Assembly: GCA_965197745.1 (NCBI GenBank)
Contig: CBDANS010000006.1
Location: forward strand, 288,001 to 352,000
Length of the DNA: 64,000 nt
From: Opitutales bacterium
GTDB lineage: Bacteria > Verrucomicrobiota > Verrucomicrobiia > Opitutales > PNEW01
Direction of reading: 5' to 3'
Made by a program: the position numbers and the translations under genes. The notes under the pieces were generated by a model. The model was given only the letters and a program-made list of their open reading frames with translations. It did no database searches and had not been told where the DNA came from. The first letter of the stretch is position 1; every line of letters begins with the position of its first letter. Below are positions 31,801 through 39,876 of the stretch, in pieces.

Positions 31801-33310
31801 GACAAATATAGAGCAGCCCCATTCTGAATTCAAATCCGATGCCCGTTTTGAAAAAGCCGAGCGGTGTTGGTGTGGATGGAAAAGTAAAACGACAAGTAGA
31901 TTTTCTTCTGATTATTTAAAATGCGATCGTTGCGGAACCCACTATGCAAATCGCCGCATTAAACCTGAAGCCGTATCTTCATTTTATTCATACGAAAGCT
32001 ATTGGCAAAAGCGTCAGCTGAGTAAGAAACATCCAAACCTGGAAGAACGCCGGGCAATTATTGAAGAAGATGGTAGAGTAGACAAATGGATGGCGAGCAT
32101 GGGCAGGTATACCGCGTCACCTGGCACAGCCATTGAAGTGGGTTGCGCCGAAGGATCCCTCTTGCACGCATTAAATAAGTTGGGTTGGAAAACGGTTGGC
32201 ATAGAGCCCGATCCAAATACGGTGGACAAGGTGAAAGAAAAGACCGGCCTTGATGTTAGACCCGGGGTATTTCCCGATGTTGATAATTTACCGAAGACTG
32301 AACTTTTTATCGCTTGTGATGTCATTGAACACACTGGTAATCCCGTGGCATTTATAAAAGCGGCCCACCGTCAACTTAACCCGAGCGGAGTTCTTTATCT
32401 TCAATTACCATTAATCGATGAAAGTGACACCATAAATTCAATCAACCCCAACGTGTTTGATCCAGAGGAACACGCTTATATTTTTACGCGATCCGCAATC
32501 ACAACAGTTCTCAATGCCTGTGATTTCGATATACTGGAAAATGATGATTGCTGGCAACGGTTCCATGAAATCACCATTGCCAGGCGAAGAGAACGCACGG
32601 TCACAGGTCACCGCTACATAGCCAATTTGGGAGAAACATTCAGTAGAGAATACTGCGAATTCATCGACACTCTTAACGAATTAGCTGAACCGCTTGGATT
32701 GCGCACCTTTTGCAACTGGGCTAAAATCTGGGAATATCCCAGGCTTTGGTATCAGGGTTTAGATCAACTGAATTGGAAAGGCTTACATCTCCTTGATATA
32801 GGAAGTGAACAATCACCATGGCCCTGGCTGTTGGCGTTGAAAGGGGCTCGTGTAACCTTGATCGAGACAAAGTCGAACTGGGTGGAACAGTGGGAGGCAG
32901 TGCGCCAAAAACTTGAAGTCAATGTTGATTGGATAATCACCGAATCCAGCCAACTGCCCATCGAGTCGGCATCAATTGACACCGTCACCAGTTTATCCGT
33001 AATCGAACATCAGGAAAATAAAGAGACCGCAATTAATGAAATCGTGCGGGTTCTTAAACCGGGAGGTTATCTCGGTATAAGCTTTGATATTTGCGAACCG
33101 GATTATGGCATGACCTATCCCGACTGGGGAGGCACCCCACTGACGCTCTCATCATTCGAACAATTGATCTGGTTTCATCATGCCTTTGGTAACAATCAAC
33201 CCCCTGAATGGAACCGCGAGGACATAGATGGCTTTCTCGCCTGGCATCAACTTACGGCGGCCCATCACAATTATGTTACCGGTGCAGCTCTCCTTCGCAA
33301 AATACAGTGA
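31790..33310 (+). CDS. Double class I SAM methyltransferase with an N-terminal Cys cluster
   Basis: CWCG..CDRCG; IEVGCAEG/DVIEH/LNPSG and LDIGSE/SVIEH/LKPGG motifs. Confidence 0.82.
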   Translation: MAHETNIEQPHSEFKSDARFEKAERCWCGWKSKTTSRFSSDYLKCDRCGTHYANRRIKPEAVSSFYSYESYWQKRQLSKKHPNLEERRAIIEEDGRVDKWMASMGRYTASPGTAIEVGCAEGSLLHALNKLGWKTVGIEPDPNTVDKVKEKTGLDVRPGVFPDVDNLPKTELFIACDVIEHTGNPVAFIKAAHRQLNPSGVLYLQLPLIDESDTINSINPNVFDPEEHAYIFTRSAITTVLNACDFDILENDDCWQRFHEITIARRRERTVTGHRYIANLGETFSREYCEFIDTLNELAEPLGLRTFCNWAKIWEYPRLWYQGLDQLNWKGLHLLDIGSEQSPWPWLLALKGARVTLIETKSNWVEQWEAVRQKLEVNVDWIITESSQLPIESASIDTVTSLSVIEHQENKETAINEIVRVLKPGGYLGISFDICEPDYGMTYPDWGGTPLTLSSFEQLIWFHHAFGNNQPPEWNREDIDGFLAWHQLTAAHHNYVTGAALLRKIQ

Positions 33311-33434
33311 TCATAAACCCACAATCGATTTCCGATCGCTGATTGTCGATTGCGGATTTTTTTCATTTGATGTCGGGGTGTACTCGATAGCCAATTATTC
33401 CTGGCGGTTAAAATATACCTCATCCATATTACCC

Positions 33435-33477
33435 TGGATTGCCGCGTCACCCGTTACTGCGGGTTCCTCGCAATGAC
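33435..33477 (-). repeat. GTCATTGCGAG...GCAATC palindromic repeat family member
   Basis: tggattgccgcgtcacccgttactgcgggttcctcgcaatgac. Confidence 0.7.
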
Positions 33478-33566
33478 AATACAAGAACACCCTTCTCAGT
33501 CCGCAATTGCATAGTTAAGCTTTGGGTTGACCTCATTGCCAAGTTATCAGATTATTATAGACGATT

Positions 33567-34148
33567 ATGCGAGTCCGCATTCCATTCTTTCTCAGGAAGG
33601 TCCTTTTCATTACATTAATGCCAGCAGCATTACTGCAAGGTCTGGGCTATGCATTAGAATACGTTCAACCTCACGAATTACAAAATTTAACGACCAATTC
33701 TCCCTTTATTCCGTCCGGATTTAACCAGAACCAGGTAGGATCAAAAGAATACAATGCCAATGAACCCGGTTTCTCCATTAATAAATTGGATCTCCGGGGT
33801 ATTGTAGAGATCGATGGGAATTATATTTTCTGCCTTCAAGAACAGACATCGAGCAAGGCGTTCTGGATCGGCATGAATGAAAACTATGAAGGTATTAATA
33901 TCGTCGATTACGATCCTTCCAATTACACCGTAGTCGTAAGTAAATCGGGTATTGAGCAAAAGATAAAACTGGCTAAAACCATTCACCCCACAGAAATGAC
34001 GAATATCGATCAATTACCTGATACCGAGCGAAAACGAAGGAAAGATCTTTTTCAGCAACTTTCACAGATCACGAAAGATGATATGGAAGCCGTAAAAAAT
34101 AAAAAACGGCCATCAGTGCCCACTAGAAGAACCCGGGTGAGAAGATAA
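33567..34148 (+). CDS. Hypothetical exported protein
   Basis: Signal-like N-terminus; SPF..GF and LDLRGIV; basic tail; followed by a terminator. Confidence 0.65.
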   Translation: MRVRIPFFLRKVLFITLMPAALLQGLGYALEYVQPHELQNLTTNSPFIPSGFNQNQVGSKEYNANEPGFSINKLDLRGIVEIDGNYIFCLQEQTSSKAFWIGMNENYEGINIVDYDPSNYTVVVSKSGIEQKIKLAKTIHPTEMTNIDQLPDTERKRRKDLFQQLSQITKDDMEAVKNKKRPSVPTRRTRVRR

Positions 34149-34214
34149 GGGGATCCATTACCCCTCTATTACTAATCCAACAGCTTTTAAAATTTTAATT
34201 TTAATCAAATGATT

Positions 34215-34245
34215 GCCCATTTCCGGAGTCCGGGAATGGGCTTTT
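34215..34245 (+). terminator. Rho-independent terminator
   Basis: gcccatttccgg-agt-ccgggaatgggc-tttt: 12-bp stem (one G-T pair) plus a U tract. Confidence 0.7.
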
Positions 34246-34420
34246 ATATGTTCCTCTTCGTCGGTTTGACTGTATTGCTTTAATTTTAATATGTTATCCT
34301 TTGGGATAAAGACGAAGAGGCAGACGAAGACGAAGATTGTTATAATAAAAACAGAGCATCAAACCATTCAATCTTGACCCCCGGGAAGAATATTTGCGAA
34401 ATGGATGCGCCTGGATCCAG

Positions 34421-34494
34421 GCGGGCGTAGTTTAGTGGTAAAACTCCAGCCTTCCAAGCTGGTTACGGGAGTTCGATTCTCCCCGCCCGCACCA
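34421..34494 (+). tRNA. tRNA-Gly(TCC)
   Basis: Acceptor GCGGGCG/CGCCCGC; anticodon arm CCAGC-CTTCCAA-GCTGG; GTTCGA T-loop; encoded CCA. Confidence 0.96.
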
Positions 34495-34753
34495 ACCCAG
34501 TGTCAATTGGCGAACAGGTTTTTCTATCCATGGGATTTCAAGACCCCTCCAGGCACAGCTTGGTGTTCTCCCGTGCTGAAGCGTTCATAAAGCTTTATGA
34601 AGGTTCAAGATATGACCTGCGCCTTCTTATTTAAATATGAGATCGAAACAGGTTTCCTACATAGTTTTACGCAGATAAATACGTATCTTTGTTCACTATT
34701 TTTACTCTTTTCACTCGATAGAGTAAAAACGTATTTAATGAGATACTTGTAGG

Positions 34754-35233
34754 ATGTTACAAATGAAACCAACCATCAAGTTCGGATCATCTGGCTTTAC
34801 CCTCGTTGAAATGATGATCGCTGTCTCCATCATCGCGCTTTTAACATCGATTGCGATACCCGCTTATAATTATAATTCGGTAAATTTAAAATCACAAAAC
34901 GCTTCACTTTTGAATGATTACCGGACCCATGCTGAAGCTTTAATTCGCAGCGCTATGGAAAGAGGTGACTACACCTCATTTGACGGATCTGGTCCTATAC
35001 CTTCCAGTATAAGTGGATATTTACCATACACTGTGCTTAACTCACCTGTGGGCGGTCATTGGAATTGGGATCACACCGATTGGGGCATCACGGCGGGGAT
35101 AAGTCTCAGTAATGCCAGTATTGGAACTCAACGAATGTCGTCAATTGACGAACAACTCGATGACGGCGATCTTTCCACGGGAGCGTTTCGAAAAACCAAT
35201 GTTAACCGTTACACCCTTGTCATCGAGGAGTAG
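34754..35233 (+). CDS. Prepilin-type N-terminal cleavage/methylation domain protein
   Basis: GFTLVEMMIAVSIIALLTSIAIP; C-terminal IDEQLDDG motif. Confidence 0.88.
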   Translation: MLQMKPTIKFGSSGFTLVEMMIAVSIIALLTSIAIPAYNYNSVNLKSQNASLLNDYRTHAEALIRSAMERGDYTSFDGSGPIPSSISGYLPYTVLNSPVGGHWNWDHTDWGITAGISLSNASIGTQRMSSIDEQLDDGDLSTGAFRKTNVNRYTLVIEE

Positions 35234-35499
35234 GTCGATCTCTCCCCCGGAGAATTTATATAAACGGGGTAATAATTAAGCATATGGGGGAGTTGTGCCG
35301 GGCCCCCTTGAACTAATTGCCTTGAGTAGCAATTGGCGGCTTTATTTTATGGGGTAAAGCATTTTATATCATTACTGCATAATTCTGCAGCGGTGCGCTT
35401 AATTAAACTTTCAGTCAATCTGGTTTCCTTATCTATAACAGCTATGGCTTAATGGCTGAGGGTGGCCATCTCGACAATCGAAAATCGTTAAATAACTAA

Positions 35500-36489
35500 A
35501 TGAGAGTAGGGATAACAGGGGCCAATGGTTTTATAGGGAATCATTTGACAAGGCACATTGCCGCTTTGGACCACGAGGTCATCGCATTTCTTCATAGAGG
35601 CACCTCGGATGCTCTTATCGAGGATTACGCGCACAAAATATTTTGGGGTGATATCACTGATATAGAGAGTCTGCGACCCTTTACAAAGAGTTGCGATGTT
35701 CTTTTTCACCTTGCGGGTTTCAACCGGTACTGGTCCAGAGATCCGGAAATTTTTTATAAATTAAATTTCGTCGGTCCCAAAAATATTGCAAGCGCCTGTA
35801 TGTCTGAAGGAATTGAAAAACTCGTTCATATAAGCAGCTGTATTACTCTGGGTGCCTCTGAGAAACCAGAAGCTCGTGATGAAGAATCAACATTTAATTT
35901 GTCCGGTATTCGATTTATGTATGCAGAGTCGAAAAAGGCCGGGGAAGACGAAATGAAGCTTTGGGCCAAAGAGAAAGGTTTACCAGTAGTCATTGCTAAT
36001 CCCGCTTCAGCTATTGGAGAGATGGATTACGGGCCGACGCCCATAGGCGAACCCATCATAGATATCTGTAAAAAAGGGTGGCCGGTCTGGGTAGATGGCG
36101 GCGCCTGTTTTATGGATATCGAGGACCTCGTTCAAGGATTATGGCTGACGCTGGAAAAAGGTCGTGCTGGCCAACAGTACCTCTTAGCGGGTGATAATTT
36201 ATTAAATAAAGATTTCATGGCAAAAGTGGCCGACCTTGCGGGAAGAGAACATACTAAATGGCGCATTCCAAAACCCCTGATCAGCATCGTGGCGCACTAC
36301 CAGGAGTGGATGGCCAATCACATTACACACCGGGCGCCAAAAATTACGGTGGGGATGCAGGGTCTCATTGGAAAGTATTTGTACTATAATAATGCCAAGG
36401 CTAGAAAAGAGCTGGGTTTTAATCCTGGCCCCTGTGACGGAGCGATTGAAAAATCCATTCAATGGTTCACCAACAATGGGTTTATATAA
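35500..36489 (+). CDS. NAD-dependent epimerase/dehydratase (extended SDR, HpnA/DFR-like)
   Basis: TGANGFIG, FHLAG, YAESK and PTPIG motifs. Confidence 0.88.
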   Translation: MRVGITGANGFIGNHLTRHIAALDHEVIAFLHRGTSDALIEDYAHKIFWGDITDIESLRPFTKSCDVLFHLAGFNRYWSRDPEIFYKLNFVGPKNIASACMSEGIEKLVHISSCITLGASEKPEARDEESTFNLSGIRFMYAESKKAGEDEMKLWAKEKGLPVVIANPASAIGEMDYGPTPIGEPIIDICKKGWPVWVDGGACFMDIEDLVQGLWLTLEKGRAGQQYLLAGDNLLNKDFMAKVADLAGREHTKWRIPKPLISIVAHYQEWMANHITHRAPKITVGMQGLIGKYLYYNNAKARKELGFNPGPCDGAIEKSIQWFTNNGFI

Positions 36490-36491
36490 TC

Positions 36492-37496
36492 ATGCATGCT
36501 GATCTAATTACCGGGGCTACTGGATTTATCGGGCGTCATCTCAGTGAGCGATTGTTAAGGGAAGGCCGTAAATTAAAACTTTTCTGCAGACCGGAAAGTA
36601 AACATAAACTGCCCCCATTCCCCCAAGGATCGGCAGAAATTGTAATAGGGGATTTACGCATCCGCGATACAATAAATAAAGCCATGCATGGCGTTGAACG
36701 GGTCTATCATTGCGCGGGTCATGTATTGGATTGGGGCTCGCAAGAGACCTTTCATTCAACGAATGTGCAAGGCACGGAATGGCTGCTGGAAGCTTCCGTC
36801 GATAGAAAGATCAAGCGATTTGTCCACCTTAGTTCCATCGCGGTTTTTGGTGTTCCCTCACCTCCTTACTTTGACGACGAGACACCTTACAATCCCGGAA
36901 AAGACTTTTATTCTCAATCGAAAGTAGAAGGGGAAAGCCTTGCATTCAAATTTCATCGTGATCACGGATTGCCGGTAGTGGTCCTAAGGCCCTCAGTAGT
37001 ATATGGTCCCGGCAGCAGTTGGGTTGAAGAACCTGTTCGTTTAATTCGCAAGAACAGAATGTTTCTCATTGCCGGTGGTAAAGGCACCTGTCATCCGTGC
37101 TATATCGACAATTTGATTGATGCCATTATACTTGTATCGGAGCATTCGGGTGCGGTTGGTCAGGGGTATATTGTAGGGGATAACCAACCGATAACATTCG
37201 ATGAATTTTTCAATCATCTGGCTAAACTTGTCGGAGCAAAACCGGTAAACAGGTCCATCCCCCTTTTCTTATCACGCATCATGGCCTCCTTTTTTGAATG
37301 TTCACACAAGCGCTTAAAGATAGGAGACCGACCCTTCCTGACGCACACGGCCATTGATATGGTGGCAACTCAAAGCACCATGTCGATGAATAAGATATGC
37401 CGTGAACTTGACTATAAACCCGGAATCTCCATCGAACGTGGAATGGAAATTTTAAAACCGTGGTTAAATGATCCGCCTCACGGCATTTTAAGATAA
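36492..37496 (+). CDS. NAD-dependent epimerase/dehydratase (3-beta-HSD-like SDR)
   Basis: TGATGFIG, YSQSK and LRPSVVYGPG motifs; start at ATG 36492. Confidence 0.88.
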   Translation: MHADLITGATGFIGRHLSERLLREGRKLKLFCRPESKHKLPPFPQGSAEIVIGDLRIRDTINKAMHGVERVYHCAGHVLDWGSQETFHSTNVQGTEWLLEASVDRKIKRFVHLSSIAVFGVPSPPYFDDETPYNPGKDFYSQSKVEGESLAFKFHRDHGLPVVVLRPSVVYGPGSSWVEEPVRLIRKNRMFLIAGGKGTCHPCYIDNLIDAIILVSEHSGAVGQGYIVGDNQPITFDEFFNHLAKLVGAKPVNRSIPLFLSRIMASFFECSHKRLKIGDRPFLTHTAIDMVATQSTMSMNKICRELDYKPGISIERGMEILKPWLNDPPHGILR

Positions 37497-37638
37497 CTGG
37501 CCGCAGGACACGCTATTATTGATTCTCATTCAAGTGTAAAAATAGCATTTGGGGGGACACCACAACCTGATCAGCATTATCGCCCTAACAAAACGAAGCA
37601 GTCCGATAAATAATTAATATTGATCGGATACATTTCTC

Positions 37639-38901
37639 TCACCGGGCAAGGAATCTGGCGTAAAATGAGTAGACTGCAAATATATTAGCACCGATAGCCG
37701 CAAGCCAAATGAATATGTCAGTACGATTGATCAGAGCCAGAACAAGTAGAATGAAAATAAAATCACGATTAGCTAATTTATTTTCAATATTACGGCGTCT
37801 GTTTTTTGAAATACCCTCAGAACGTTCAGGTGATTTACTCTCTGAGATTGACGCGCTAAGGAAAATAAAAGAAACGAGGCTGCCCAATACTGCCAATGTC
37901 CCGAGAGCGGTAAAGTAACCTTCTCCCGTTGATTGGGATAATCCAGCACCGATTGAGAAAAAGACCGCGAAATTAACGAGACAATCACAGGTGATATCCA
38001 GCTTAGCGCCAAATGGTGTTTCACCGAAGGTCAGTCGAGCCAATTCACCGTCCACTCCATCAATCCACGTGGAAATAACCAGAACGACAGCTCCGATTAA
38101 ACTCATCCCATAGGAGCCCTGGAAAAAAAACCAAATGGAGACTAACCCAAGAAAAAAACTAACCAGAGTAATCTGGTTAGGACTTATCGATGTTCTAATT
38201 GCAAGATGGGTTAAGAGACGAGAAACACTACGTGAAAAAAGCCTGTTTATGAGGCTGTCAGTATCCAAACCACCGGACTGTATGATACGGTCATGTTGAA
38301 TCTTAAAATCGTTTTCATCGTTAATTATCGTTTCTTGTCTATCGGGCAAATAGCCTATCTTCCGGTATATATCGGCGTCACTCCCGTCTTTTTTTTCAGC
38401 GCTTTTATTTGCTGATATTTCCAATCCCTTTTTATTGAAATCCCCAATATTGTTCAGGAGAAAGTCCAAGCGCTCGGAATCCATGTCAGACACTTTCATC
38501 TGATCACTCTGTAAAGAATTACCTGTTATTGAGGTTAAAGCGTTATTGATTTCGGTTTTGTCATAGAGCACAGATCCATTTAAGACAATGATCCGCCTAT
38601 AGTTCTGAACTAAACTTTTCAGATCCCCGACTTTCGATAGCCAATCCGTTTTAATATTAATTTTCGGTTCGTTTTTAATTCGGCTGCAAAGATCATTCAA
38701 TTCCTCTTCTTGATTATAATATATAATCAAATGTTCTCCCCCACCCCGTTGAATATTAAGAATATTTCTCAAGAGAAAGGGAACACCGGCAATAGGCGTT
38801 GTATACCAGTTTCCCGTTTTATGGGTGGGTGGCGTCGGGGTAAGTAATAAGAGGATTAGCGACCCCTTATGCACGTTGGTATCGAGTTGCGGATCGGTCA
38901 T
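37639..38901 (-). CDS. CDP-alcohol phosphatidyltransferase with a degenerate N-terminal nucleotidyltransferase-like domain
   Basis: DGVDGELAR..FGAKLDITCD signature; ISPNQIT; N-terminal PIAGVPFLLRNI. Confidence 0.85.
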   Translation of the reverse strand: MTDPQLDTNVHKGSLILLLLTPTPPTHKTGNWYTTPIAGVPFLLRNILNIQRGGGEHLIIYYNQEEELNDLCSRIKNEPKINIKTDWLSKVGDLKSLVQNYRRIIVLNGSVLYDKTEINNALTSITGNSLQSDQMKVSDMDSERLDFLLNNIGDFNKKGLEISANKSAEKKDGSDADIYRKIGYLPDRQETIINDENDFKIQHDRIIQSGGLDTDSLINRLFSRSVSRLLTHLAIRTSISPNQITLVSFFLGLVSIWFFFQGSYGMSLIGAVVLVISTWIDGVDGELARLTFGETPFGAKLDITCDCLVNFAVFFSIGAGLSQSTGEGYFTALGTLAVLGSLVSFIFLSASISESKSPERSEGISKNRRRNIENKLANRDFIFILLVLALINRTDIFIWLAAIGANIFAVYSFYARFLAR

Positions 38902-39127
38902 TCTGGTCGTGTTACTGGCAAACCTTTAAAGCTCGCTTACCCCGCGTATTAATTAAGGTAACGCGCCAGGGATAATCTGTCGTTCAGCCCTCGCGTAAAT
39001 TTAGCGGACTATGCTTCGATGTGCTCAATGTAGAATGCAGTCGAGACGCAGCGTGTTTCACAATCATATATATGACGCTATCAGACTAACGAGTCATTTT
39101 TTTTCTAAGAACGATTAACTCGATATC

Positions 39128-39490
39128 TTAGGGAGCGCAGCGTTCTTTTTCAATGTATGATAACAGCTGTCTGCTTTCTTCCAGATCCGACACAATAAGC
39201 ACCAACGTTCCAGGTTTTTTTAATACATCACGGGAATGTAAAACCTGCCCAAATCCTTCATGCCATGTATCGATGAAATTGACTTCATATATACGGGTAT
39301 CCGTAACAAGATCTGCCGCTAAATAGGGAATTTTAACCGTCATATCTCCCCCACCGATTTGAAATGCTAATAATTTTGTCCACGTTGACTCACGTGCTCC
39401 TGAAAAAATCTGAAATGTATAAACATCATATGCACTGAGTGAAGAATGCCCCAACGCGATAAAGAGTAGTGTTATTAATGTACAACGCAT
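39128..39490 (-). CDS. Small exported hypothetical protein
   Basis: Signal peptide-like N-terminus; AGGAG RBS upstream. Confidence 0.6.
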   Translation of the reverse strand: MRCTLITLLFIALGHSSLSAYDVYTFQIFSGARESTWTKLLAFQIGGGDMTVKIPYLAADLVTDTRIYEVNFIDTWHEGFGQVLHSRDVLKKPGTLVLIVSDLEESRQLLSYIEKERCAP

Positions 39491-39692
39491 TTATATTTTC
39501 TCCTAATTTTTATATTTGACATTTCCTGCACTCTATTCTTCTACCACAAGGTTTCAATAGAATATAGTAGAAATTGTCGATCTTCGATTAAGATAAATAA
39601 GAAGGCTCGATCCAGATTGGACAGAATGTGATCAGTCGTTGTTTTTCCGCGCTGATGAAGTTAAATCTAATCATGTTTACCTCCCCGCTTGT

Positions 39693-39773
39693 ATTGCGAG
39701 GATCCTGCTGTTGCGGGATCCTTCGCAATGACAAAGGGATATGCGTATACGCGTACCGAGGGCGAAGCCCGAC
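39693..39773. repeat. Long hairpin of the ATTGCGAG..CGCAAT family (39693-39729) plus reverse copy 5 of the 22-nt element (39752-39773)
   Basis: attgcgaggatcctgc-tgtt-gcgggatccttcgcaat; cgtaccgagggcgaagcccgac. Confidence 0.75.
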
Positions 39774-39876
39774 ACACTCAAATGTGTGCATGCGATAATG
39801 CGGTTATACATGGGAAATGAAAATATTTCCTGCCTCAACCGCAGATCAATTATTTATCCAGCAATCTTAAATTACC

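Noticed and set aside
34209..34345. Small membrane protein ORF upstream of tRNA-Gly
   Set aside because: The frame is interrupted by two stops and overlaps a terminator hairpin
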